Shown: positions 9,618 through 19,140, numbered from the stretch's first letter. The stretch: 64,000 nt of DNA from Cyclobacteriaceae bacterium (GCA_026129485.1 JAHCHY010000014.1:15445-79444); one strand, 5' to 3'. The notes: a model not told the origin generated them from the letters alone. Translations and numbers: made by a program.

Positions 9618-9749
9618 GTTCGGTTTCGTACAATTGAGCTGACCTGATTCGTACATCCGGTTACAGCGGCCCGGTGTTTGTTAATTAAACCAGCGGAACT
9701 TGTTTTCTTTTTACATTTGTTACAAGACTTGACTCAGAATTACAGTTTT

Positions 9750-10340
9750 ATGAAAAAATATTTGTCGGTTTTGCTGGTGGTAATGTGCGGGCAGGTATGG
9801 GCTCAGGATAAGCAGGGAACAGCCGAAGCAACTGTAAAGTGGATGACGTTTGAGGAGGCTGTTGAAAAATCAAAAACGGAAAAGCGCAAGATATTTATCG
9901 ATGTGTACACCGATTGGTGTGGCTGGTGCAAAGTGATGGACAAAAACACCTTTACCGATCCGAAAATAGCTGCGCTGCTTAACGAAAAGTTTTACGCGGT
10001 AAAGTTTGATGCTGAACAAACAGCCGATGTGGTATTCCGGGGTACTACGTTCAAGTTTGTGCCTTACGGGAATAAAGGTTCTCACCAGCTGGCCATGGCA
10101 TTGCTCAATAACCAGATGAGCTATCCCAATTTTGTGTTTTTGGATGAGGAGTTCCGCATTATCCCGGTCATTCAGGGCTACCAGTCGCTGCCGGGCTACC
10201 GCAAGCCGGAAGACTTCCACATTTTTGTGGCCTACGTAAGTGGTGATTTTTATAAAACGAAGCTGATCCAGGATTATCAGAAAGAGTATAAATCGCCTTA
10301 CAGCCCTGTTGCTAATTCAGCAACGGGTAGCGGAAAGTAA
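9750..10340 (+). CDS. Exported thioredoxin-family protein (DUF255-like)
   Basis: Signal peptide MKKYLSVLLVVMCGQVWAQ from ATG 9750. DVYTDWCGWCKVMD CxxC motif. Confidence 0.88.
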   Translation: MKKYLSVLLVVMCGQVWAQDKQGTAEATVKWMTFEEAVEKSKTEKRKIFIDVYTDWCGWCKVMDKNTFTDPKIAALLNEKFYAVKFDAEQTADVVFRGTTFKFVPYGNKGSHQLAMALLNNQMSYPNFVFLDEEFRIIPVIQGYQSLPGYRKPEDFHIFVAYVSGDFYKTKLIQDYQKEYKSPYSPVANSATGSGK

Positions 10341-10365
10341 ATCCTGTATGTTCGGACGGGGCAAA

Positions 10366-10400
10366 AAATAAAGCCTCCTGTTTTGCAGAAGGCTTTATTT
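10366..10400. terminator. Bidirectional intrinsic terminator
   Basis: AAATAAAGCCT..AGGCTTTATTT inverted repeat between convergent genes. Confidence 0.75.
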
Positions 10401-10418
10401 ATGGTTTAAGTTCAGGTA

Positions 10419-10553
10419 TTAGTGCTTGTCTTCGCCCGGTTTTTTTGAGTTTTTCGTAAAATCCAGGTAGCCAATAGCGGCTACAAAACCGATAATAACC
10501 GCTACTATTGTTACAAACAGGTTGGCCCCGTCCCCTACATTTTGCTCAAACAT
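10419..10553 (-). CDS. Putative 44-aa single-TM small protein (not in the ORF track)
   Basis: MFEQNVGDGANLFVTIVAVIIGFVAAIGYLDFTKTQKKPGEDKH*. Clean TM followed by a basic tail; fills the gap before the terminator. Confidence 0.6.
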   Translation of the reverse strand: MFEQNVGDGANLFVTIVAVIIGFVAAIGYLDFTKNSKKPGEDKH

Positions 10554-10632
10554 AATATGTGGTGTTTTAATTCTGCTTCAAATGTAAGGGTTATAGGTAA
10601 AAATTCAATGCCTGCCAGGCACCCATGTTGCA

Positions 10633-11175
10633 TTAAATTCCTAATTCGTGCCGGTTGGCTTTAAGCACCTCAATAATAAATGCAATGTGTTCAGTAAGAT
10701 TTACATCTAACAGCTCCACGCCTTTATAAACTTCATCCCGCTCTACTTTGGCTGCAAAGCCTTTGTCTTTCAGTTTTTTGATTACCGATTTGGGTTCCAG
10801 CGTAACGATGCCTTCCGGTCGTACCTGCGCACAGGCAACAATAAAGCCGGTAAGCTCATCGCAGGCCAGCAGGGCTTTATCCAGCCGGGTGTTATACGAT
10901 ACATTCCATTTGGTGTAGTGTGCGGATATGGCATGTGCAATAGCATCTTCCCCCATCGCGTAAAGCTTTTCAACAATCACCTGCGGGTGCTTTTCAGGAT
11001 AGGCTTCATAATCCGCATCATGCAGCAGGCCGGCTATTGCCCAGGCCTCCTTGTCTTCGCCAAATTTTTCAGCGTACGCTTCCATTATCAATTCAAGGGT
11101 ACGCATGTGGCGGAGTAAACTCTGGCTTTGGGTAAGGTTAGCCAGCATTTCGCGGGCTTGCGTGCGGGTAATCAT
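10633..11175 (-). CDS. HD-domain (HDIG-type) phosphohydrolase
   Basis: Motifs RHM, AGLLHDADYE, AISAHY, LLACDELTG. Confidence 0.88.
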   Translation of the reverse strand: MITRTQAREMLANLTQSQSLLRHMRTLELIMEAYAEKFGEDKEAWAIAGLLHDADYEAYPEKHPQVIVEKLYAMGEDAIAHAISAHYTKWNVSYNTRLDKALLACDELTGFIVACAQVRPEGIVTLEPKSVIKKLKDKGFAAKVERDEVYKGVELLDVNLTEHIAFIIEVLKANRHELGI

Positions 11176-12329
11176 TTGCGCTTAACAGCCGTAATGGATT
11201 TTCTTTTCGAATAGAACAGGTTAAATCCGCCCAGCACAAGGCCCAGGCCAAGAATTACAATGGTTATGACCATGCGTGTTTTCTGGAGCTCCAGCGAATT
11301 GATTTCGGCCTGGGTCTTTAGCGCTTCCATTTCACGTTCTTTCTCCTGCAGATCAAGCGCAATTTCCATTTGGGCAATTTTACGACTGCTTTCTTCGCCA
11401 TATATTTTTTCCTTCACCACATCATACCGCAACATGGTTTCATAGGCTTCTTTCATCTTGCCCTGTTTGGAGTAATTCAGCGCCATACTCTTCAGAATGT
11501 TCGGCTCAAGTAAAAAAGCCTGCATCTCTCCGCTCAGTGTCATGGCGCTGTCTAAGTAAGCCTGTGCATTTTTAAACTGGCCGGCACGCGCATATACTTC
11601 ACCCATGCTGCTAAGCGCATTTAGCACCACCAGGTTGTCGTTTGCCTTGCGCGCAATACGCAATGCTCTTCCGTAATACTCGGCAGCGCGCTGGTAGTTG
11701 TGTTGTTTAAAATAAATGTTCCCGATATTATTGAGCGGGTCGGCAAACAGCTGTCCCTTTTGTTCTGCCAGTTGGTATGCTTCGGTATAGTATTTAAGCG
11801 CCTGTTCTGAATCCTGCAGATTGCTATACAGGTTTCCGAGGTTATTCATCGATTTGATAAGATTGTCCGGATCACCGATCTCCATAAATTTCTCGTGCGC
11901 ATCTTCATAATATTTCATGGCCTGGGTATGATCTTTCTTGATGGAATAAATATTCCCGATGTTACTCTTGGTGGAGGCAATTCCTTCTTTATTATCCAGC
12001 TTGGTGTAAATCTGCAGGCTTATCAGGAAGTATTCCAATGCTTTATCCAATGCCCCCTGGTTGCGATAGGCCACCCCTAAATTATTGTACGAAGCAGCCA
12101 TTCCTTTCCGGTCGTCAATTTCAGTAGCCAGCGAAAGCGCCTGACGGGTGTACTCAATGGCTTTTACAGGATCGGAATTAAGGTAGGCTCTGAAAAATTC
12201 ATTCAGGGTTTTTACTTTCAGATCGCCCTTAGAGGTTTCAAGGGCTTTTTCCAGGCTGTCCACTTTGCTTTGCGCAAAAGCAGCTACCGATATACCCCAA
12301 ACCACCATTGCCATACAGATGCGGTTCAT
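11172..12329 (-). CDS. Tetratricopeptide-repeat membrane-anchored protein
   Basis: Signal peptide, multiple TPRs (ASYNNLGVAYRNQG..KALEYF), a coiled coil and a C-terminal TM. No cytoplasmic output domain. Confidence 0.85.
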   Translation of the reverse strand: MNRICMAMVVWGISVAAFAQSKVDSLEKALETSKGDLKVKTLNEFFRAYLNSDPVKAIEYTRQALSLATEIDDRKGMAASYNNLGVAYRNQGALDKALEYFLISLQIYTKLDNKEGIASTKSNIGNIYSIKKDHTQAMKYYEDAHEKFMEIGDPDNLIKSMNNLGNLYSNLQDSEQALKYYTEAYQLAEQKGQLFADPLNNIGNIYFKQHNYQRAAEYYGRALRIARKANDNLVVLNALSSMGEVYARAGQFKNAQAYLDSAMTLSGEMQAFLLEPNILKSMALNYSKQGKMKEAYETMLRYDVVKEKIYGEESSRKIAQMEIALDLQEKEREMEALKTQAEINSLELQKTRMVITIVILGLGLVLGGFNLFYSKRKSITAVKRK

Positions 12330-12455
12330 AAAGTTGGTTTAATCTGCTAAAATTAAGAATTATCCGCTAACCCGTATTCAAATTCAAGCCGCCCATATAG
12401 AACCTGTATTGATCTTTCGTTTTTTTAAGCGTATTTCAAGTTCAAACTTCAGGCT

Positions 12456-12947
12456 ATGCGTATCGCGATCTTTTTTATTTGTGGATTACTGGGAGTTGCA
12501 TCGGCAAATGCACAAACCAAAGCCGATGAACATGCTGTTATGGAACCCATTGTAAGGTTATTTACCGGGATGAATAAAGGCGATAGCGCGTTGGTGCACA
12601 GCGCTTTTGCCAAAGAAATCACCATGGCAACCGTAACGATAGATAAAGCCGGTAATGTGGTGGTAAGGCGCGAAAATTCCCTTACCGGGTTTCTGAAGGC
12701 AATTGCCACCCCGCGCCCTGAACCGTTCAGTGAACCGATCTGGAACACGCGGATAGAAATAGATGGAAGCTTTGCCCAGGTGTGGACCGAGTATGCGTTT
12801 TACATCGGCAAAAAATTTAGCCATTGCGGAGTGGATGCCTTCCAGTTGGTGAACCAGGGTTCCGGCTGGAAGATTTTTCACCTGGCCGATACCAGGCGCA
12901 CGGCTGATTGCCATGTACCGGCAGCCGTTTCCGATCAGTTTAAATAA
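12456..12947 (+). CDS. Exported NTF2-family protein
   Basis: Signal peptide. AQVWTEYAFYIGKKFSHCGVDAFQL..GWKI motif. Confidence 0.8.
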   Translation: MRIAIFFICGLLGVASANAQTKADEHAVMEPIVRLFTGMNKGDSALVHSAFAKEITMATVTIDKAGNVVVRRENSLTGFLKAIATPRPEPFSEPIWNTRIEIDGSFAQVWTEYAFYIGKKFSHCGVDAFQLVNQGSGWKIFHLADTRRTADCHVPAAVSDQFK

Positions 12948-12955
12948 CACAAGCC

Positions 12956-13450
12956 ATGAAGTATGTTCTTATAGGTTTTTTATTGCTGCAAAGTTATAGC
13001 TGGACACAAGCCCAGCCGGTAACCACGGTTATATTGGTTCGTCATGCTGAAAAAGGAACAGATGATCCTAAAGACCCTGAATTATCAGAGGCCGGTAAAC
13101 AGCGTGCACAACGGTTTGCGCAGGTATTGAAAGATACAAAAGTGGATGCGATATGCTCAACACCCTACAAGCGCACACGCAGTACGGTAGCTCCATTGGC
13201 AGAAGCTAAAGGGCTTTCCGTTCATCATTACAATCCATCCAAAAAGGAAGAGATTGATCAGATCTTACAAAAGTTTGCAGGAGGGACTATCGTGGTGGCA
13301 GGTCATTCCAATACCGTACCGGGCTTTGCCAATTATCTTACCGGCAAATCTGAGTTTCAGGATTTTGATGACAGCGATTACGACAACCTGCTGGTGGTAA
13401 CCGTGGTTGAGAAAGGAAAATCGGCCACGGTTGTCTGGCTTACGTATTAA
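12956..13450 (+). CDS. Exported histidine phosphatase / phosphoglycerate mutase family protein
   Basis: Motifs LVRHAEK, LS..GKQRA, STPYKRT, VAGHSNT. Confidence 0.88.
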   Translation: MKYVLIGFLLLQSYSWTQAQPVTTVILVRHAEKGTDDPKDPELSEAGKQRAQRFAQVLKDTKVDAICSTPYKRTRSTVAPLAEAKGLSVHHYNPSKKEEIDQILQKFAGGTIVVAGHSNTVPGFANYLTGKSEFQDFDDSDYDNLLVVTVVEKGKSATVVWLTY

Positions 13451-13479
13451 ATAGTTCTTAGATAGGATATCAAACAACG

Positions 13480-13896
13480 TTAACCATCAATCAGGTTCTT
13501 TTTATACTTCACCAGGGTAGCCTTTATCATTTGCCCTTTGGTGTATTTGGTTTTGGAACCGAAGATTCCCAGGAATCCGCGTCTTCTTCCGGCACCTGTT
13601 GCCGCACCCCCCGTTGTACTGCCGGTATTGGTAAGTGAAATTTCATCGAACAGAATGGCATCGGCACCTTTTTCTTTTACACGGTTAACAATTTTTGCCT
13701 GTACTTTATCCGAGCTGCGTTTAGCGGTTACCTCGTACGTTACCTTACCCATTATTTCGTTTGGTTCGGTTATATCGCTTTCGCGGAAAAAGATGGCTAC
13801 ATGTTGAGTAGGCGGGTAGGTGCGCCCATAATAGATGATTTTGTTTGAGCAGGATGCTGTCGTGATCAGAACCAGCAAGAAAAGTATCCGTTTCAT
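13480..13896 (-). CDS. Hypothetical lipoprotein
   Basis: Lipobox TASC. The EKGADAILF segment resembles the YbjQ-like/heavy-metal-binding fold. Confidence 0.65.
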   Translation of the reverse strand: MKRILFLLVLITTASCSNKIIYYGRTYPPTQHVAIFFRESDITEPNEIMGKVTYEVTAKRSSDKVQAKIVNRVKEKGADAILFDEISLTNTGSTTGGAATGAGRRRGFLGIFGSKTKYTKGQMIKATLVKYKKNLIDG

Positions 13897-13981
13897 GTGT
13901 TAATTTTTATTTCAGGGTACAGTTTTTAAAATGCAAAGGTAAGGGCTTTCTTTTTTCTCTTCACCGGGTTAAATTCGATTC

Positions 13982-14398
13982 ATGAAAGCCTATTGGTTGC
14001 TTCTTGCTTTTGGTTTGTGCATGTGCCTGCAAGTTGGTGCGCAGGTGCAGGAAGAACTTCGCAAAAGCATTTACTTTAACGGTGGCAGCTACGATATAGA
14101 CGAATTTCAGGCCAGCATGTTATCCGACTGGCTGGATTCGATTCCCAACCTGCTCGATAAATACCAGGTTCAGCTTATCAGCCATACCGATCCGATAGGC
14201 GGAAAAGAATACAACCAATGGCTGTCGCAAATGCGAAGCCAGGCCGTGTTTCAGCTGCTCACCGAAAAAGATATCCCCGAAAAATACATCTCGATAAAAG
14301 ACTGGGGCCTGGAAAACCCGGTGTATAACAATCAAACTTACCGGGGCATGCGCCTTAACCGCAGGGTAGATGTAATCCTGCACCCGCTGGTCTTTTAG
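13982..14398 (+). CDS. OmpA-family C-terminal (peptidoglycan-binding) domain protein
   Basis: Motifs IYF..GSY.I, SHTD.IG..EYNQWLSQMR, NRRVDV. Confidence 0.88.
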   Translation: MKAYWLLLAFGLCMCLQVGAQVQEELRKSIYFNGGSYDIDEFQASMLSDWLDSIPNLLDKYQVQLISHTDPIGGKEYNQWLSQMRSQAVFQLLTEKDIPEKYISIKDWGLENPVYNNQTYRGMRLNRRVDVILHPLVF

Positions 14399-14417
14399 CC
14401 GACATTTAATATTTGGG

Positions 14418-14454
14418 AGGTCCCGGAAAGCGGTCGCTTTCGGACACCTTTTTT
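14418..14454 (+). terminator. Intrinsic terminator
   Basis: The GC stem AGGTCCCGGAAAGCG/CGCTTTCGGACACCT is followed by a T run. Confidence 0.6.
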
Positions 14455-14582
14455 CAGTTACGGACGTAATTTTGTGCAACTAATCGCGTATTTGCGCGTC
14501 TAAACCGATATTACAGTCTTGGCATGTTATTGGCCAATAGGGGTCAGGCTGGCAAGACTTCACAAACAAAAGCCAAAAATTC

Positions 14583-15260
14583 ATGATTGTTTTAAACAAC
14601 ATCGACAAGTACATCGACTCGCGTTTTCAACGCACATTTATTCTCAAGGGCATAGACCTCGAAGTAAAGCAAGGCGAATTCGTAACCATAATGGGGCCCA
14701 GCGGTTCGGGCAAATCCACCCTGATGAACATTATCGGTATGCTGGATGAGGCCTCGGCCGGAGAGTATTATTTCTTTGATGAGCCGGTGCATAAAATGCG
14801 CGAGAAGCAAAAGAGCGATATGCACAAGAACTACATCGGCTTCATTTTCCAGGCTTACCACCTGATTGATGAGCTTACGGTTTACGAGAACATCGAAACC
14901 CCTTTATTATACAAGGGGGTAAACGGGAGCCAGCGCAAAAGCATGGTGGCCGAAATGCTGGATCGCTTTAACATGGTGGCTAAAAAAGACCTGTTTCCCG
15001 AGCAGCTCTCGGGCGGGCAGCAACAACTGGTTGGCATTGCAAGAGCCATTGTAGGGCAGCCCAAACTGTTGTTGGCCGATGAGCCTACCGGAAACCTGCA
15101 CTCGGAGCAGGGCAAGCAAGTCATGGATATTTTTCAAAAGCTGAATGAAGAGGGCATAACCATCATTCAGGTAACACACTCGGAAGAAAATGCCAGGCGT
15201 GGCAAGCGCATTGTGCAGATTGCCGATGGCGCCATTGTATCAGACGAAAAGGTTAGCTAA
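14583..15260 (+). CDS. ABC transporter ATP-binding protein (LolD/MacB-like)
   Basis: Walker A GPSGSGKST, signature LSGGQQQ, Walker B LLADEPTGNL. Confidence 0.93.
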   Translation: MIVLNNIDKYIDSRFQRTFILKGIDLEVKQGEFVTIMGPSGSGKSTLMNIIGMLDEASAGEYYFFDEPVHKMREKQKSDMHKNYIGFIFQAYHLIDELTVYENIETPLLYKGVNGSQRKSMVAEMLDRFNMVAKKDLFPEQLSGGQQQLVGIARAIVGQPKLLLADEPTGNLHSEQGKQVMDIFQKLNEEGITIIQVTHSEENARRGKRIVQIADGAIVSDEKVS

Positions 15261-15267
15261 AAAAGAT

Positions 15268-16605
15268 ATGAAGTTTAGGGTTACGATTTTATTCCTGGTA
15301 GTAAACGTTGGGTTGCTCCAGGCGCAGCAGGTACTTACATTCCAGAATGCTATTAAGTTAGGCCTGGAGAACAACCTGCTTTTGAATCAGCAAAAAAACC
15401 TGTTGATTTCAACTAAGGTAAATCGTACATCGGCCATGTTGCAGATGGGCCCCAGCGTATCGGCAGGCGGTAGTGCAGGCCGGTTTGACGGGAATTCTTT
15501 TAACCAGCAGCGTGGCGAAGTAGTAAACGGCCAGGTTGATTTTGTCAACGGGGGGCTGTCTGCCAGTGTGCCGATATTCAACGGGCTGAACCAGTTGAAC
15601 ACGTACCGCCAGGCCGAAAGCCAGAACGAAGCGCAGTTGAATTTCGTAATGCGCACCAAGCAGGATGTGATCCGAAATGTGGCCTTTCAGTATTTAACTT
15701 GCCTGTTGGATCAGCAACTGCTGAAGATTGATCAGCAAAACCTGGAAACACAGAAGACACAGCATGACCAGATCAAACAGCAGGTCGAGCTGGGTAGCCG
15801 TGCCGAAGCAGATTTGTATAACCAGGATTTCCAGGTGCGCAATGCCGAATTGCTGGTTGTGCGTTCGGCCAACCGCCTGAAAAATGACAAGGCGCTTTTG
15901 GCGCAAACCCTTATGATCGATCCGATTATTTCATTCGATCTTGAAGATGTGAGCTGGAGCCAGGAAAATTACCAGGTTAATGAATTGGGGCTGGAAGACC
16001 TGAACGCACAGGCCCTGCAACACCGGGCTGACTTAAAGCAGGCATCAAACACCGAGCGGGCCGCACAGTTGGGCTACTTTGCCTGGCGCGGACGTTACCT
16101 GCCCAGCATATCGGCATTTGCAGATCTTAACTCCCGCTATAATTACATACATGGCGCTACCGACAACCGTACCTTCGAGCAGCAGTTTCGCTCGGATAAC
16201 CGGCAGATGAGCTATGGCATGTCTTTACGGGTTCCGATTTTTAACGGGTTTGCGAATCGCGCACAGATAACCCAGCAACGGGTAATGTTTGAGAACGCCA
16301 GGCTGACCACCAAAAACATGGAAGTGCGGGTAAAGTCAGATGTGTTAATCGCCTACCAGAATTTCCTGGATGCAAAAGCCAGCTTCAGTTCGGCAGAAGC
16401 GCAATTAAAATCCGGAGAGCTTTCGTACAAAATGGAGAAAGAACGCTTCGACCTGGGAATATCCAACATCGTTCAGCTAACAACAGCCCAGCAGGCATTT
16501 GTAAGGGCCCAGTCTGATTTTGCCAGCGCCCGGTTCACGCTCATGTTCCAGAAATTACTAATCAACTATGCCGCAGGCACGCTGCAGGAGGAAGACATTC
16601 CTTAG
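15268..16605 (+). CDS. TolC-family outer-membrane efflux protein
   Basis: Start at ATG 15268 with a signal peptide. Two OEP-like repeats (SVPIFNGL and RVPIFNGF) and a C-terminal A...F..A.F.L.FQ. Confidence 0.88.
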   Translation: MKFRVTILFLVVNVGLLQAQQVLTFQNAIKLGLENNLLLNQQKNLLISTKVNRTSAMLQMGPSVSAGGSAGRFDGNSFNQQRGEVVNGQVDFVNGGLSASVPIFNGLNQLNTYRQAESQNEAQLNFVMRTKQDVIRNVAFQYLTCLLDQQLLKIDQQNLETQKTQHDQIKQQVELGSRAEADLYNQDFQVRNAELLVVRSANRLKNDKALLAQTLMIDPIISFDLEDVSWSQENYQVNELGLEDLNAQALQHRADLKQASNTERAAQLGYFAWRGRYLPSISAFADLNSRYNYIHGATDNRTFEQQFRSDNRQMSYGMSLRVPIFNGFANRAQITQQRVMFENARLTTKNMEVRVKSDVLIAYQNFLDAKASFSSAEAQLKSGELSYKMEKERFDLGISNIVQLTTAQQAFVRAQSDFASARFTLMFQKLLINYAAGTLQEEDIP

Positions 16606-16639
16606 GTATTAAACATGGCCTGATTTTCAGATATTTTCC

Positions 16640-16647
16640 TACATTTG
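16640..16647 (+). promoter_or_regulatory. Bacteroidota -7 promoter element upstream of rpsA
   Basis: TACATTTG followed by CAGCC. A second near-match, CAAATTTGCAGCC, begins at 16702. Confidence 0.5.
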
Positions 16648-16752
16648 CAGCCCCATCATTTGGTGGGGCTTGTTTTTATGGTAAAAACAGGTATTACAAA
16701 CCAAATTTGCAGCCACCGGCCCGCTGGCTGCATGTAAAAAGGGGCAGGAATT

Positions 16753-18768
16753 ATGGCGAAAGTCCAGAAAGAAAAATCAGAAGAGTCAAAAGCAAAGGCA
16801 TCCAAGCCGTCCGTTGACGATGCTCCTGTAAAGAAGGCAGTTAAGGGCGCAGCGGCAGAAGAACTCTTCGAAAAAGATGAGCTTACCGAATTCAAGCAGG
16901 CTAAAAAAGCGGAAGAAGAAGAAGGTATAAGCCGCATGATCAAAGACGTAACAGCGCGCAAGGCTGCTACGGAATCCAGCATTTCAACGGAGAACTTTGA
17001 CTGGGATGCTTACGATCGCAAAGGTTTTGGCGAAGGTTATTCCGCAAAAGACCGCGAAGCATTGCTTAAAAAATATGAAGGAACCGTTACCACCATCAAC
17101 GAAAGTGAATTGGTAGTGGGTATTGTGGTGGGCATTAACGACCGCGATGTTATCCTGAACATCGGTTTCAAGTCGGACGGCCTTGTACCGCTGGCAGAAT
17201 TTAAAGACCTGCCTAACCTGAAAATAGGCGATTCGGTTGACCTGTTTATTGAAGAGCGTGAAAACGTAATGGGTCAGCTGGTGCTTAGCCGCAGAAAGGC
17301 CAAGCTGCTGAAAGGCTGGGAAAATGTGCAGAAAGCGCTGGATAACGATTCAGTTATTGAAGGCTTTGTGAAGCGCAGAACCAAAGGTGGCTTGATTGTA
17401 GATGTGTTTGGCATTGAAGCATTCTTGCCGGGTTCGCAAATCGATGTGAAGCCTATTCGCGATTTCGATATCTATGTGAATAAGAATATCGAGGTGAAAG
17501 TGGTGAAAATCAACTACACCAACGATAACGTGGTAGTATCGCACAAAGTGCTGATCGAGAAAGATCTGGAACAGCAAAAAGCGGTAATCCTTACCAACCT
17601 GGAAAAAGGCCAGGTACTGGAAGGTGTGATCAAGAACATGACCAACTTTGGCGTATTTATCGACCTGGGCGGTGTAGATGGCTTGCTGCACATTACCGAT
17701 ATTTCATGGGGCCGTATCAGCCACCCGGAAGAGCTGCTTAAGCTTGACCAGGTAGTGAAGGTGGTTGTGCTTGACTTCGATGAAGACAAGAAGCGGATTT
17801 CGCTGGGTATGAAGCAGCTTACGCCTCATCCGTGGGAATCGCTGCCTGCAGATGTTACCATAGGCTCAAAAGTAAAAGGCAGGATTGTAAACGTGGCTGA
17901 TTACGGAGCATTCCTTGAGCTGCAGCCTGGCGTAGAGGGTCTGATCCACGTAAGTGAAATGAGCTGGAGCCAGCACCTGCGCAATCCGCAGGACTTTATT
18001 AAAGTAGGTGATGAACTGGAGGCCGTAGTGCTGACCATCGATCGCGAAGAGCGTAAGATGTCGCTGGGCATCAAGCAGCTTACGGAAGATCCATGGACGC
18101 GCCAGGATGTGCTGAGCAAATATGCAGTAGGTACACGCCACAAAGGCGTGGTTCGTAACCTGACCAACTTTGGCCTGTTCATTGAGCTGGAAGAAGGAAT
18201 TGACGGATTGGTGCACGTATCTGACTTAAGCTGGACACGCAAGATCAAGCATCCTTCCGAGTTCACTAAAGTAGGCGAAACGCTGGAAGTACAGGTACTG
18301 GAGCTGGATGCCACCAACCGCAGACTGGCATTAAGCCATAAGCACCTGGAAGAAAATCCGTGGGATACTTTCGAAACCATCTTTACTACAGGTTCCGTAC
18401 ACAAGTGTACGATCATCAGCAAGAACGATAAGGGCGCAGTACTGGAGCTGCCTTACGGAATAGAAGGCTTCTGTTCGGCCAAGAACTTAGTTAAGCAAGA
18501 CGAAAGCAAAGCTGAAGTAGGCGAGGCTTACGACTTTAAAGTACTGGAGTTCTCGAAAGAAGAGCGCAGAATTGTATTGAGCCTGAAAGCAACCTGGTCT
18601 ACAGAAGTTGAAAAGGCCGAACAACCTGCTGCCAAGAAGAAGACTGCTCCTAAAGGTAAGAGCATCGATAAGATCAACCAGGAGGCAGAGAAATCGACAC
18701 TGGGTGATATTGAAGCGTTGAGCGCACTGAAAGAAAAGATGAGCGCAGCCAAGAAGCCAAGCGAATAA
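16753..18768 (+). CDS. rpsA: 30S ribosomal protein S1
   Basis: Six S1 repeats (GLIVDVFGIEAFLPGSQID, FGVFIDLGGVDGLLHITD and others) and the Bacteroidota C-terminal STLGD..AL..LK. Confidence 0.97.
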   Translation: MAKVQKEKSEESKAKASKPSVDDAPVKKAVKGAAAEELFEKDELTEFKQAKKAEEEEGISRMIKDVTARKAATESSISTENFDWDAYDRKGFGEGYSAKDREALLKKYEGTVTTINESELVVGIVVGINDRDVILNIGFKSDGLVPLAEFKDLPNLKIGDSVDLFIEERENVMGQLVLSRRKAKLLKGWENVQKALDNDSVIEGFVKRRTKGGLIVDVFGIEAFLPGSQIDVKPIRDFDIYVNKNIEVKVVKINYTNDNVVVSHKVLIEKDLEQQKAVILTNLEKGQVLEGVIKNMTNFGVFIDLGGVDGLLHITDISWGRISHPEELLKLDQVVKVVVLDFDEDKKRISLGMKQLTPHPWESLPADVTIGSKVKGRIVNVADYGAFLELQPGVEGLIHVSEMSWSQHLRNPQDFIKVGDELEAVVLTIDREERKMSLGIKQLTEDPWTRQDVLSKYAVGTRHKGVVRNLTNFGLFIELEEGIDGLVHVSDLSWTRKIKHPSEFTKVGETLEVQVLELDATNRRLALSHKHLEENPWDTFETIFTTGSVHKCTIISKNDKGAVLELPYGIEGFCSAKNLVKQDESKAEVGEAYDFKVLEFSKEERRIVLSLKATWSTEVEKAEQPAAKKKTAPKGKSIDKINQEAEKSTLGDIEALSALKEKMSAAKKPSE

Positions 18769-18799
18769 CCTTAACCGGTTATAGCTGGCATAACAACAG

Positions 18800-18833
18800 G
18801 AAGGTGGCTGCTTAAATAGCCACCTTCTTTTTT
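18800..18833 (+). terminator. Intrinsic terminator of rpsA
   Basis: GAAGGTGGCT/AGCCACCTTC stem followed by TTTTTT. Confidence 0.85.
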
Positions 18834-18879
18834 AAGCGGGTTGTAATACGAAGCGTTTTTTATAGTTTTGTGCTTTACC

Positions 18880-18950
18880 GGTTCCGTGGCCGAGTGGCTA
18901 GGCTGAGCTCTGCAAAAGCTCCTACAGCGGTTCGAATCCGCTCGGAACCT
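18880..18950 (+). tRNA. tRNA-Cys (GCA)
   Basis: Acceptor stem GGTTCCG/CGGAACC, anticodon arm GAGCT-CTGCAAA-AGCTC, T-loop GGTTCGAATCC, U discriminator. CCA is not encoded. Confidence 0.96.
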
Positions 18951-18951
18951 C

Positions 18952-18982
18952 AAACCCTTTCGGTTTCCCGAAAGGGTTTTTT
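18952..18982 (+). terminator. Intrinsic terminator after tRNA-Cys
   Basis: Perfect 12-bp stem AAACCCTTTCGG/CCGAAAGGGTTT plus a T run. Confidence 0.85.
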
Positions 18983-19018
18983 ATTGTGATAGAACTCGGA
19001 TGATATTGGATATAAATC

Positions 19019-19051
19019 TAAAAAAGAAGTCAGGATTGAGAAACCTGACTT
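19019..19051 (-). terminator. Intrinsic terminator for the minus-strand islet genes
   Basis: AAGTCAGG/CCTGACTT stem followed on the minus strand by CTTTTTT. Confidence 0.6.
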
Positions 19052-19140
19052 TAATGATAATCTCAAAATCAGTCGTTTTTTCCGTAACGCATTTCCAATA
19101 ATTTGTCAAACGTCTTTACGTTTTCATTGTCCTTGATTTT

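Noticed and set aside
14583-16605. ABC ATPase plus TolC with no permease or adaptor
   Set aside because: Split efflux operons of this type are common in Bacteroidota; partners are probably elsewhere.
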